DNA from: Candidatus Eiseniibacteriota bacterium
GTDB lineage: Bacteria; Eisenbacteria; RBG-16-71-46; CAZAMP01
Direction: 5' to 3'
Length of the DNA stretch: 64,000 nucleotides
Assembly (NCBI GenBank): GCA_965224245.1
Contig: OZ245046.1
Span: forward strand, 5,408,001-5,472,000
Shown here: in pieces, positions 19,545 to 29,259 of the stretch
How positions within the stretch are numbered: the stretch's first letter is position 1
How the letters are laid out: every line of letters starts with the position of its first letter
Translations under genes and position numbers: made by a program
Notes under the pieces: generated by a model
The model's input: the letters and a program-made list of their open reading frames with translations, nothing else
The model's database searches: none
What the model was told of the DNA's origin: nothing

Positions 19545-20807
19545 TCAGTTCGGCGGCGTCGATTCCGTGAGCTGGTAGCAGATCACGGCCAGCGGCTCGG
19601 CATCCTCGTCGATCTCCTCCTCGTCGTCTCCGCCGGCCCCGGCACCCTGCGCCGCCGCCACCGCGCTCATGAAGTCGGTGATGACGTAGAGCCGGTCCTT
19701 GGCGAACAGCATCCGATCGTTCTCGACGTCGAGCGTGGCGCTGCCGGTCATGTTGACCTGATCCACGAAGTGACCCTCGGGGTCGAACACGTCGAACTGG
19801 ACGATCGTGCCCTCGGGCGGCGTCCGGAGCCCGCGGCTCGAGACGACCCACAGCGAGTTGTCGTCGCGTACGAAGATCTGCTCGACGCCGCGGTGGTTCT
19901 CGCGGATCTTGAACGACGCGTTCGGCATCTGGGCTCGCGTGAACTGACGGAAGCGGTCCTCGACGCGCTGGCGCTCCTCGTCGGTGCGCTCGAGGGGCTC
20001 GTACGCGCGCTCGACGATGCGATCGAACGTGCCGTCCGGGTTCCACACGTGCACGCGGTACTGATCGTTGCCGATCACCGCGTACACGCGGCCGTCGCGT
20101 CCGACGGTCCAGCGGTTGTCGAAGCTGTCCCAGACCGCCTCGTCCATGACGAGGTTCGCGAACTCGAGCGTGCGCACTTCCTCGTGATAGCGCGTGACCT
20201 CGTTGCCCTCGTCGTCGATCGACATCAGGTAGCGGGTCTGTTCGAGATGGTCGCCCTGCGGGTTGCTGACGAAGGCCCCGAACACCGTGTTGGACGGCGA
20301 GGCCGCCGCGTTCAGGAGCCCGAAGAAGCCCTCCACCTTCGGAAGCGGGACGTCGTCGAGCGGATCGCCCTCGCTGGTGAGGTGCACGAGCCGTCCGGGG
20401 AAGAGCTGCAGAACGGCGATCGACCCATCGGGCATGAAGACGAAGTCCGCCGCGGCGTTGAACTCCCCGGGCGCCTCGCCCGAGCGGCCGATGACGTCGA
20501 CGAACTGACCGTCGGCGTCGAAGATCCGGATCTCCGAGAGCTGGCCGTCGAGGAGGTACACGTTGCCGTCCTCGTCGGCCTGGATCTCGGCCACGACACC
20601 GAAGATCTGGTCGTCGTCGTCCGAGTAGCCCCCGACGCGCCAGAGCTCCTCGAGCTCGACCGTGCGCGCCGGGTTCATCGGCGTGTCGGGATTGCGGATC
20701 AGACGCTGTCCGTCCACCGTCGTTTCGGTGCCCGACCAGTCGGCGACGGCCGTCGGGGCCAGCCCGACGGCGAGGACCGCGGTCAGCGCCAGGGTGCGAG
20801 CGTGCAT
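19545..20807 (-). CDS. Secreted 6-bladed beta-propeller (NHL/TolB-like) protein
   Basis: Signal peptide MHARTLALTAVLAVGLAPTAVA; blade motifs DEDGNVYLLD and IRIFDADGQFVDVIGRSGEAPGEF; acidic. Confidence 0.8.
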   Translation of the reverse strand: MHARTLALTAVLAVGLAPTAVADWSGTETTVDGQRLIRNPDTPMNPARTVELEELWRVGGYSDDDDQIFGVVAEIQADEDGNVYLLDGQLSEIRIFDADGQFVDVIGRSGEAPGEFNAAADFVFMPDGSIAVLQLFPGRLVHLTSEGDPLDDVPLPKVEGFFGLLNAAASPSNTVFGAFVSNPQGDHLEQTRYLMSIDDEGNEVTRYHEEVRTLEFANLVMDEAVWDSFDNRWTVGRDGRVYAVIGNDQYRVHVWNPDGTFDRIVERAYEPLERTDEERQRVEDRFRQFTRAQMPNASFKIRENHRGVEQIFVRDDNSLWVVSSRGLRTPPEGTIVQFDVFDPEGHFVDQVNMTGSATLDVENDRMLFAKDRLYVITDFMSAVAAAQGAGAGGDDEEEIDEDAEPLAVICYQLTESTPPN

Positions 20808-21209
20808 CGTGAGACTCCAGGGTTCGAGGCGAGTGAGCGAGATCCGGAAACCGGGCCGAGGCGCCCACCAGGCGCGACCGCCATCCCGAGTACCGTGCTC
20901 GGGGGGTGGGTATTCGCCGGAAGCAGGGGCCGGATCTCGGAAGGTGGACATCGGCGTCGCATGTCGACGCCCTCGAACAGCCGATTGTACGGCCTCCGAT
21001 CACGGGGGTTGCGAGAGAAGCGGGGAGCCGAGGCGAGGCGTGCGACGCCGTCGCGAGGCGGACGTCGTATTTTATTGTCGCTTAACGATTTGAGGCCGGG
21101 GTCGGAGCCCGCGTCCCGGCATGTCGGTGGCTGTGGCGGGGCTCCCGCCTGTCGAAGCCCCTGGATCGGGCCGAATCGGGTTTTCGGGGTGCCCTGGATC
21201 TCGAGCCTG

Positions 21210-21218
21210 TGCTAGACT
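21210..21218 (+). promoter_or_regulatory. Extended -10 promoter element (TGnTAGACT)
   Basis: TGCTAGACT about 150 bp upstream of the ATG at 21365. Confidence 0.45.
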
Positions 21219-21364
21219 TTCGTCGTTGCGCAATCCACACGTGTCTCCACCGGGCCGTTTCGGTCAGGGTCGGCATCGCGGCTTGTGCAGCGGCGAAACG
21301 TTCTAACCAGGCGCAAACAGGACAGCATCCCTCGGGCACGCAGACAGTCAGTGGAGGACACTAC

Positions 21365-22000
21365 ATGAAGCGACTCGCAATGTGTCTGGCCACGTTGATG
21401 ATTCCGGCCGCGTCGTTCGCACAGGACGACGTCGACGCGAACATGAACGTGTTCATTACGCTGCCGAGTTACGCAGGTTGCGGCGATCCCGCCTTCGAGG
21501 CGATCGATGCCGGTACCTGTGCGGACCTCGTCAGCTCTCCCTCCGGTGGACCCGGCTTCCTCTGGGTCGTGTCCAGCCGTGAGGGCGGCTACCCCGACGG
21601 TATCGGGGGCGCGCAGTTCGGCCTGAACCACGATCTCGGCGGCGGCCAGTCGTGGACCCTCTGCACGGGCGGTTCCGAGATTCCTGAGCCGGGCTTCCCG
21701 GACTCGGGTACCGGCAACGCCGTGACGTGGGCTGGCGGTTGCTACAATCCCGCCGGTTCGGCCGCGCGCGTCGGCTTCATCTCGGTCGCGCTCGACGCTG
21801 CCGGCAGCCTCGCCGTCACGGGCGATCCTCGCATCGGCGAGGCCGTGTATGCGGACTGCTCCGCGTTGCTGTACCGCATCTGCGACCGGAACCTCGGTGG
21901 TGCGGATCTCGCCAGTGGTACGAACCCGATCTGCGGGGACAACTGCGAGAGCACGCCGGTCCAGGAGACCAGCTGGGGTGCGATCAAGTCGCTCTTCTAA
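21365..22000 (+). CDS. Secreted Cys-rich protein with C-terminal TPVQETSWGAIKSLF motif
   Basis: GGAGGA SD; signal peptide MKRLAMCLATLMIPAASFA; 8 Cys in the mature part; strong terminator follows. Confidence 0.8.
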   Translation: MKRLAMCLATLMIPAASFAQDDVDANMNVFITLPSYAGCGDPAFEAIDAGTCADLVSSPSGGPGFLWVVSSREGGYPDGIGGAQFGLNHDLGGGQSWTLCTGGSEIPEPGFPDSGTGNAVTWAGGCYNPAGSAARVGFISVALDAAGSLAVTGDPRIGEAVYADCSALLYRICDRNLGGADLASGTNPICGDNCESTPVQETSWGAIKSLF

Positions 22001-22024
22001 GACGACTTGTGACAGTGATCGTTC

Positions 22025-22057
22025 GGCCGGTGGTGCTTCGGCACCACCGGCCTTCTT
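22025..22057 (+). terminator. Rho-independent terminator
   Basis: Perfect 12-bp stem GGCCGGTGGTGC/GCACCACCGGCC with a C(UUCG)G tetraloop, followed by TTCTT. Confidence 0.85.
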
Positions 22058-22265
22058 GATTCCCACCTGATCTCATCGCTTGCCGGGCCCCCGACGCCCC
22101 GGTCACCCACTTCCCGGTCCGGCACCGCACCGGCGGTCATCGGCCACCGAGGCTCCTCTTCACGCCCCCGAGGGGGAAGTCGCCACACATCCTGCAATCC
22201 CCCATCCTCGGGATGGACTCCGTAGCGTGCTTTCCGACCTTCCGCTTGGCCGGCTCCGGCATCGC

Positions 22266-22281
22266 TGGCACGAGGACTGCA
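22266..22281 (+). promoter_or_regulatory. Sigma54 (-24/-12) promoter candidate
   Basis: TGGCACGAGGACTGCA versus consensus TGGCACGNNNNTTGCW (one mismatch), about 95 bp before the lipoprotein ATG. Confidence 0.55.
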
Positions 22282-22374
22282 ATCGAAGTCGGCCGTGCTT
22301 CGGGCTCAACCCCGGAGCGAGCCCGACGAGAACGAAGACGATGGCTCTCCGGAGCGCCAACCAAGGATGCCGCC

Positions 22375-23205
22375 ATGACGATCTCGACACTCACGAACGC
22401 CGGTCTCACCGTCACCATGCTCGCCGCCCTCACGATGGTCGGGTGCGGCAAGGACGGCGACCCCACGAGCGCCGAGACCGAGGCCCCCGCGCTTCCCCCG
22501 GTCCGGACCATGCAGTTCGACTTCAGCTTCTTCGACGACGGCGCCGGAGCGCGCGAGGCGCTGTCCCGCGAGAGTGATACCGACCTCGCCCAGCTGAACT
22601 GGCTGAATGCCGCCGCTCGCGTGGGCTTGATCAACGTGGCCGTGGTCACCGCGCTGACGCCGCCATCCGCCGCATTCGCCCTGGCCATCCACGAGGAGCC
22701 GGTGCTGCAGGAAGACGAGTCGTTCCTGTGGTCCTACCAGTGGAGCGACGGCCAGGGCGCCGAGGCTCGCATCGATCTGACCGGTCGGATCGACGGCGTG
22801 CACGTGGACTGGGAGCTCGCGGTCACGTCCAACGAGATGGTCCCGCCGGTCGAGAACGCCGTGTGGTTCCACGGTCGCTCGAGCGTGATCGAGGACGCCG
22901 GCTACTGGATCTTCACCGACCTCGCCGGCACCGACGTCGCTCGCGTCGAGTGGGTCGCCGAGGAATCGCTCTCGTTCGAGAACATCGAGGTGGACGGCGC
23001 CGACCTGGGCGATCACCTCGAGTACCACGTCGACGGCACCGACATCTCGGTGAGCTGGCACGACGAGTCCGAGGCTGTGGACGCCGTCATCCAGTGGAGC
23101 ACGTCCACCGGCGCCGGGAACCTCACCGTCCCCGACTACAACGACGGTCAGACCGCCTGCTGGGACGAGCAGCAGATGGACGTGGACTGCGACCCCGTCC
23201 TCTAG
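22375..23205 (+). CDS. Acidic lipoprotein of unknown function
   Basis: Lipobox LTMVGC; beta-rich composition; C-terminal Cys pair (TACWDEQQMDVDC). Confidence 0.75.
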   Translation: MTISTLTNAGLTVTMLAALTMVGCGKDGDPTSAETEAPALPPVRTMQFDFSFFDDGAGAREALSRESDTDLAQLNWLNAAARVGLINVAVVTALTPPSAAFALAIHEEPVLQEDESFLWSYQWSDGQGAEARIDLTGRIDGVHVDWELAVTSNEMVPPVENAVWFHGRSSVIEDAGYWIFTDLAGTDVARVEWVAEESLSFENIEVDGADLGDHLEYHVDGTDISVSWHDESEAVDAVIQWSTSTGAGNLTVPDYNDGQTACWDEQQMDVDCDPVL

Positions 23206-23260
23206 TGGGCCGGCACCCGTGGGGGTGTGAGCGCCGGACGGGCCTCGGACCGGCGTCCGG

Positions 23261-24289
23261 TCACGGCCGTTCGCGGATCTCGATGTGTCCGCTCTCGGTC
23301 GCGACGCGGATCCGTCCGTCGCCTGCCCCCAGACGACCGGCCACCCCGTGAGCATCCTCGTGCACGTCGTCGGCGCCGGGGAGATCCACGTCGATCCCGC
23401 CGTCCTCGGACTCCAGGGTGAAGCGCGCGTTCAGCTCCCCGGGGACGCGGATCCGGACGTCGCCGTCATCGGTTCGGAGATCCCAGTCGATCGGACCGGC
23501 GTCGGCCAGCTCGAGGTCGAGGTCGCCGTCCTCGGTGCGAATGCGGCACGCCGAGGCGGCGACGGCGTCGAAGCGGACGTGTCCGTCGTCGGTGAGGACC
23601 TCGAACTCGCCGCGGCTCTCGTCGACCCGCACGTTGCCGTCGTGCGCCGACAACCCGATGCGATCGCACTCGGCGTGTGCGATGCGGATCTCGCCGTCGT
23701 CCGAGCTCACGCGGAGCTCGCCCGACAGACCGTCGATGCTCACGTCGCCGTCTCCCGTCGTCACGTGCGTCAGATCCGCCGCTATGTCGGTGAGTGCGAT
23801 CCGGCCGTCGTCGGTCGTGCATGCGATGTCGGCTCTCCAGCGTTCGATCGTGACGTCGCCGTCGTCGCCCTCGAACGACAGCGTCACCGTGGGCGGGGCC
23901 TTGATCGTGTAGCGGTACACGAGCCGGTTCATGATCCGGATACCGAACCTCATCGAGAAGTCGTTCTCCTCGCGCACGCGGATCACGTTCCCGTTCTGCT
24001 CGAAGCGGACCTCGAAGCGGCGCGAGTCTCCCACGCCGAGGCCCTTGGCCTCGGTTCGGTACTCCACGTCGATGACGACCTCGTCACCGTCGCTCGCGCG
24101 GACCTCGACGTCGCCGTCGCCGTGCGAGAGCTCGAGCCGGGTCTCGGCGGTGGCCGGGAAACGCTCGTGGTACTCGCGCTCGATCAGCTCGGCGCGGGCG
24201 GCCGACGTGGCGAGCACGGCGGCCAGAGCCCCCAGGGCGACCGCGATCGTGCCAGCGCGGACGGCACGTGCACGTACGTTCGACTTCAT
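23261..24289 (-). CDS. DUF4097 family beta-strand repeat protein (secreted)
   Basis: Signal peptide; many xTxDGDV/I repeats (GDDGDV, TTDDGRI, TGDGDV, SDDGEI, TEDGDL). Confidence 0.82.
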   Translation of the reverse strand: MKSNVRARAVRAGTIAVALGALAAVLATSAARAELIEREYHERFPATAETRLELSHGDGDVEVRASDGDEVVIDVEYRTEAKGLGVGDSRRFEVRFEQNGNVIRVREENDFSMRFGIRIMNRLVYRYTIKAPPTVTLSFEGDDGDVTIERWRADIACTTDDGRIALTDIAADLTHVTTGDGDVSIDGLSGELRVSSDDGEIRIAHAECDRIGLSAHDGNVRVDESRGEFEVLTDDGHVRFDAVAASACRIRTEDGDLDLELADAGPIDWDLRTDDGDVRIRVPGELNARFTLESEDGGIDVDLPGADDVHEDAHGVAGRLGAGDGRIRVATESGHIEIRERP

Positions 24290-24398
24290 GCTGGCATCTC
24301 CCTCGGCTCGGGCGCGCGCGTGGGCGCGGCCGCGGGGTGATCGACGAGCGCGGCGACCATCGGCGCCGCTCGTCGGGTCGGTCCGGGTAGATGGGCCA

Positions 24399-25712
24399 TC
24401 ACCCGAGGCGGGCCGGGATGATTGCGGCCAGCGTCGGGTGTCCGATCTCCTGGAGCTCGTATCGCACACGAAGAGACGGCTTGTCGATCTGGATCAGCCG
24501 TCCCAGGTCGATCGGCGTCCCGATGATCACGAGGTCGACCGGCGCCCGCGCGATCGTCTCGGTCAGCTCGCGCACCTGATCCGCGCCGTAGCCCATTGCG
24601 GGCAGCACGGCTCCAGTGGTCGGGTACTTCTCGAACGTGGCCGCGATCGATCCCACCGCGTAGGGCCTCGGGTCGAGGATCTCGGCCGCCCCGTGTCGTC
24701 GCGCGGCGACCCATCCCGCGCCGTAGGCCATCTCGCCGTGCGTCAGCGTCGGTCCGTCCTCGACCACGAGCACCCGCTTGCCCCGGATGGCGTCTCCGCC
24801 GTCGACATGCAGCGGGCTCGCCGCGTCGACGAGCACCGCATCGGGGTTCAGCGCCATCGCCGTCTCGCGGGTGGCCTCGATCCCGGCCAGGTCGGCGGTG
24901 TCGATCTTGTTGACCACGATGACGTCGGCCAGCCGGACGTTGCTCTGACCCGGATAGTACCGCCGCGAGTGCCCCGGCCGGTGCGGATCCACCACCGTGA
25001 TCATCAGGTCGGGTCGGTAGAACGGCATGTCGTTGTTTCCGCCGTCCCAGATCACGACGTCCGCTTCCTTCTCGGCCTCGCGGAGGATGCGCTCGTAGTC
25101 GACGCCGGCGAACACGATGCGGCCCGCGTCGAGGTGGGGCTCGTACTCCTCGCGCTCCTCGATCGTCACGTCGTGCGTCACGAGGTCGTCGTGGGTGGCG
25201 AACCGTTGCACGGCCTGCGCCGCGAGGTCCCCGTACGGCATCGGATGCCTCACCACGGCCACGCGCTTGCCCATGTCGGCCAGGATCGCGGCCACGCGCC
25301 GGCTGGTCTGGCTCTTTCCGCAACCGGTACGCGATGCACAGACCGCCACCACCGGCTTGGTGGACGACAGCCAGGTGTGGCGCGCGCTCAACAGAACGAA
25401 GTTGGCTCCGAGCGCGAGGCACTCGGCGGCCAGGCCCATCACGTGGTCGTTCGTCACGTCACTGTAGCTGAACGCACAGAGGTCGATCTCGTGCTCGCGA
25501 ACCAGACGCGCCAGCTCGCTCTCGGACTCGATGGGGATGCCGTCGGGGTAGCGGGGACCGGCCAGCTCCGCGGGGTAGCGCCGGCCGTCGATGTCCGGAA
25601 TCTGAGTGGCTGTGAACGCGACGACCTCGAAGTCGTCCCGATCGCGGAAGTACACGTTGAAGTTGTGAAAATCCCGGCCGGCCGCGCCGAGAATGAGTAC
25701 GCGCTTCGACAC
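24399..25712 (-). CDS. COG2403 P-loop NTPase (cyclic 2,3-diphosphoglycerate synthetase-like / ArcE arginine synthetase-like)
   Basis: ILGAAGRDFHNFN, Walker A RTGCGKSQ, VRHPMPYGDL, TIEEREEYEPH, WDGGNND, VEDGPTLTHGEM. Confidence 0.8.
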   Translation of the reverse strand: MSKRVLILGAAGRDFHNFNVYFRDRDDFEVVAFTATQIPDIDGRRYPAELAGPRYPDGIPIESESELARLVREHEIDLCAFSYSDVTNDHVMGLAAECLALGANFVLLSARHTWLSSTKPVVAVCASRTGCGKSQTSRRVAAILADMGKRVAVVRHPMPYGDLAAQAVQRFATHDDLVTHDVTIEEREEYEPHLDAGRIVFAGVDYERILREAEKEADVVIWDGGNNDMPFYRPDLMITVVDPHRPGHSRRYYPGQSNVRLADVIVVNKIDTADLAGIEATRETAMALNPDAVLVDAASPLHVDGGDAIRGKRVLVVEDGPTLTHGEMAYGAGWVAARRHGAAEILDPRPYAVGSIAATFEKYPTTGAVLPAMGYGADQVRELTETIARAPVDLVIIGTPIDLGRLIQIDKPSLRVRYELQEIGHPTLAAIIPARLG

Positions 25713-25942
25713 CTAAGACCTCCCGAGAGCGAGAATGTGCGCGGGGCGCGCGATGTGCGCCGGGCGCGCAACGCGCGCGAGGACGCGCCATGGATGAACG
25801 AGCGTACATGATAGCCACCGCGCCCGGCAGCGTCCGTCGTGGGTTTCCACTAGACCCTGGTGCGGGGCGTTCCTGGTGAAGTGGAAAGGCCCCGGCGCGG
25901 CTTGGGGGGGCCGCACCGGGCGAGGAGCGAGCGTGGGGGCGT

Positions 25943-27403
25943 CTAGAACTGGGCGGCCTCGGTCGAGGTCTCGAGCGCGAGGGTCGAGCACTCTCCACCG
26001 GAGATCACCTGATTGACGAGGTCGAAGTACCCGGTACCGACCTCGCGCTGGTGCCGGGTGGCGGTGTAGCCCCGGGCCTCCGAGTCGAACTCCGCCCGCT
26101 GCAGCTTCGAGTACGCGGTCATGCCGTCGGTCGCGTATCCGCGGGCCAGCTCGAACATACCGTGGTTGAGCTGGTGGAAACCGGCCAGGGTCACGAACTG
26201 GAACTTGTATCCCATCCGTCCCAGCTCGCGCTGGAAGGCGGCGATGGTCGCGTCGTCGAGGTTCTTCTGCCAGTTGAACGACGGCGAGCAGTTGTACGCC
26301 AGGAGCTTGCCGGGGAACCGGGCGTGGATCGCATCGGCGAACCGGCGCGCTTCTTCCAGACACGGCGTCGACGTCTCGCACCAGATCAGATCCGCATACG
26401 GCGCGTAGGCGAGCCCGCGCGCGATCGCGCACTCGAGCCCGCCGGTGATCCGGAAGAACCCCTCGGGCGTGCGCTCGCCGGTCAGGTACGGATGATCGCG
26501 CGGGTCCACGTCGCTGGTGATGAGCTGCGCGCTGTTCGCGTCCGTTCGCGCGATCACCAGCGTGGAGACGTCCATGACGTCGGCCGCGAGCCGGGCCGCG
26601 ATGAGCGTGTGCACGAACTGGCTCGTGGGCACGAGCACCTTGCCCCCGAGATGCCCGCACTTCTTCTCCGACGAGAGCTGATCCTCGAAGTGCACACCGG
26701 CCGCGCCGGCCTCGATCATCCCCTTCATGAGCTCGAAGACGTTCAGCGGTCCTCCGAAGCCGGCCTCGGCGTCCGCCACGATCGGGGCGAACCAGTCGCG
26801 ATCGGCCGGGTCCGGTGCCGTATCGGGCGATGCTCCGTTTCCGTTGAGGCGGGCGACCGCTTGGTGACTCTCGTTGCCGCCCTTGGTCGCGGGCGATCCG
26901 TCGAGCCCGCACGCGGCCTCGATGGCCTCGGCCGTCTCGATCTGATCGGCCCGCTCGAGGGCCTGGTTGATGCGCTTCACGAGCGCGGGGACCGAGTTCA
27001 CCGGGTAGAGACTCTGATCCGGGTACATGTTGCCCGACACGTTCGCGTCGGCGGCCACCTGCCAGCCGCTCACGTAGATGGCCTTCAGACCGGCGCGCAC
27101 CTGCTGCATCGCCTGGTTGCCGGTGACGGCGCCGAGCGCGTGTACGTAGTCGGTGGTGTGCATCAGGTCCCAGAGTCGCCGGGCGCCACGGTCGGCCAGC
27201 GTGTGCGCGATCCGGATCGACCCACGCAGCCGCTCGACGTCATCGGACGAGTACGGGCGCGTGACGCCGTCCCATCGGTTCGCGGCAGCCGGGATCGCCA
27301 CCGAACGCGACCTCGGTACCCGCCGGCCGGCGCCGCACGCGTTCGCGCGGACACGGACGTCTTCACGCTTGGGGCAATGCCCTTTCCCGTTCGATGCTGA
27401 CAT
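25943..27403 (-). CDS. aceA: Isocitrate lyase
   Basis: [10 protein letters not shown] active site; [21 protein letters not shown] and [19 protein letters not shown] before ATG 27403. Confidence 0.96.
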   Translation of the reverse strand: MSASNGKGHCPKREDVRVRANACGAGRRVPRSRSVAIPAAANRWDGVTRPYSSDDVERLRGSIRIAHTLADRGARRLWDLMHTTDYVHALGAVTGNQAMQQVRAGLKAIYVSGWQVAADANVSGNMYPDQSLYPVNSVPALVKRINQALERADQIETAEAIEAACGLDGSPATKGGNESHQAVARLNGNGASPDTAPDPADRDWFAPIVADAEAGFGGPLNVFELMKGMIEAGAAGVHFEDQLSSEKKCGHLGGKVLVPTSQFVHTLIAARLAADVMDVSTLVIARTDANSAQLITSDVDPRDHPYLTGERTPEGFFRITGGLECAIARGLAYAPYADLIWCETSTPCLEEARRFADAIHARFPGKLLAYNCSPSFNWQKNLDDATIAAFQRELGRMGYKFQFVTLAGFHQLNHGMFELARGYATDGMTAYSKLQRAEFDSEARGYTATRHQREVGTGYFDLVNQVISGGECSTLALETSTEAAQF

Positions 27404-27481
27404 GGTGCTGCTCCTCGTGATGCGATGGCCGTCGGTGTCGAACCCGTTCAACCTCAGTGGATGTCCTCGTGTCGCGTCTCC

Positions 27482-29083
27482 TCAACCGCCGGTACCGAGC
27501 TGGTCGTACGCGGCGAGCGTCAAGAAGGGAGCGAGGTCGCGTGCGGTCGCGATCTCGCGAAAGAGGGCCTTGGCGACCTCGAATCGCCCATCTCGCCACC
27601 CGTCGCGACCCAGGCGGTCTGCCAGGGCGACCGTCTCGTCGTGGACGATGTCGTCGATCAGCTCGGGGGTGACGGTGCGGCCGCAGGCCAGCGTGATCCC
27701 GTGACGGCACCACTGCCAGATCTGGGCCCGCGAGATCTCGGCGGTCGCGGCGTCCTCCATCAGGTGATAGAGCGGCACACACCCGTTGCCGCCGAGCCAT
27801 GCCGCGAGGTACTGGATGCCGACGCGGACGTTCAGTCGCAGTCCGTCTTCGGTGGTCGTGCCGATGGGGACGCGTAGCAGATCGTCTCGCGTCACCTGGA
27901 CGTCGCCGCGTCGGACGTGCAGCTGGTTGTCACCGGTGACGACCTCGCGGAAGATCCGGCGGGCGACGTCGACCAGACCGGGGTGCGCAACCCACGTGCC
28001 GTCGTGTCCGTCCTCGGCCTCACGACGCTTGTCCGCCTCGACCTTCGCGATCGCGCGGGCATTCGCCTCGGGATCGTCCTTTATCGGGATCTGCGCCGCC
28101 ATCCCGCCGATGGCCGGCGCCCCCCGACGATGGCAGGTCTTGACCACGAGCTGCGTGTAGGCGCGCATGCACGGCTGCGTCATCGACACCTGCGACCGAT
28201 CCGGCAGCACGGCGTCCGGCTCACCGGCCCGCGTCTTGATGTAGCTGAAGATGTAGTCCCACCGGCCGCAGTTGAGCCCGGCCGAGTGATCGCGCAGCTC
28301 GTACAGGATCTCGTCCATGCAGAACGCCGCGGGGAGGGTCTCGATGAGCACCGTCGCCTTGAACGTCCCCACCGGGATGCCGAGCCACTTCTGGGCGAAC
28401 ACGAAGACGTCGTTCCAGAGCCGGGCCTCCAGGTAGTGCTCGAGCTTCGGCAGGTAGAAGTACGGAGCGCTGCCGTGCTCCAGCAGTGCGTGTGCGTCGT
28501 GGAACACGAACAGGCCGAAGTCGAACAGCGCGGCCGGGATCGGCCGTCCGTCCACGAGCACGTGTCGCTCGACCAGGTGCCAGCCACGAGGGCGCACCAT
28601 GAGTGTGGCCGGGGAGGGACCGAGCCGGTAGTGCTTGTCGCGCACGGCGTCGTGGTACTCGATGGTGCCCCGGACGGCGTCGTGGAGGTTCTGTTGACCC
28701 TCCACCATGTTGGACCAGGTCGGCGCGCTGGAGTCCTCGAAGTCCGCCATGAAGCAATCCGCACCGGAGTTGAGCGCGTTGATGATCATCTTGCGATCCA
28801 CGGGACCGGTGATCTCGACGAGCCGGCACGCGAGATCGCGCGGAAGGGGTGCGATCGTCCAGTCCGACTCGCGCACGTGCGCGGTCTCGGCGGGGAAGTC
28901 CAGCCGATCCGCGCCGTCGCGCTCACGTGCGTCGAGCCGCTCGCGAACCCGGGGGGCGAAACGCACGGCGAGCTCGGCCAGGAAGGCCAGGGCCCGGGGG
29001 GTCAGGATCCGGTCGTAACCCGGCTCGAGCGGGCCTCGAACCTCGACGTCGGCGGCGGTCGCGCCGCGGTGGGTGTCGCGCAT
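27482..29083 (-). CDS. aceB: Malate synthase A
   Basis: VEITGPVDRKMIINALNSG, MADFEDS, VRPRGWHL, GLNCGRWDYIFS, LMEDAATAEISR. Confidence 0.96.
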   Translation of the reverse strand: MRDTHRGATAADVEVRGPLEPGYDRILTPRALAFLAELAVRFAPRVRERLDARERDGADRLDFPAETAHVRESDWTIAPLPRDLACRLVEITGPVDRKMIINALNSGADCFMADFEDSSAPTWSNMVEGQQNLHDAVRGTIEYHDAVRDKHYRLGPSPATLMVRPRGWHLVERHVLVDGRPIPAALFDFGLFVFHDAHALLEHGSAPYFYLPKLEHYLEARLWNDVFVFAQKWLGIPVGTFKATVLIETLPAAFCMDEILYELRDHSAGLNCGRWDYIFSYIKTRAGEPDAVLPDRSQVSMTQPCMRAYTQLVVKTCHRRGAPAIGGMAAQIPIKDDPEANARAIAKVEADKRREAEDGHDGTWVAHPGLVDVARRIFREVVTGDNQLHVRRGDVQVTRDDLLRVPIGTTTEDGLRLNVRVGIQYLAAWLGGNGCVPLYHLMEDAATAEISRAQIWQWCRHGITLACGRTVTPELIDDIVHDETVALADRLGRDGWRDGRFEVAKALFREIATARDLAPFLTLAAYDQLGTGG

Positions 29084-29180
29084 GGGGTGCAGAGTCTCCG
29101 GTGTCTGGCCGTTCGTTGATGTCGTGACTACGTTACAAACGATAATTCAGGAATCGCAATTTGGTCAATAACTGCTTCGA

Positions 29181-29193
29181 AATCAATGTGTTA
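29181..29193 (+). promoter_or_regulatory. IHF consensus site in the aceB/ramB divergent promoter
   Basis: AATCAATGTGTTA matches WATCAANNNNTTR exactly, within an AT-rich spacer. Confidence 0.55.
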
Positions 29194-29259
29194 ATGAGTT
29201 GAAACAAGTCGATACAGTGGTGTAAAATCGTCAAAACTGTAAATATCCTGGAGGTATCG

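Noticed and set aside
21225..21364. Riboswitch (e.g. c-di-GMP-I) in the long leader, suggested by GAAA and GCGCAAA elements
   Set aside because: I could not build the conserved paired structure by eye; a cmscan against Rfam would be needed.
25843..25893. Inverted repeat TTTCCACT...AGTGGAAA between aceA and the NTPase gene as a MITE or ncRNA
   Set aside because: Single copy, short arms and no target duplication; cannot be supported.
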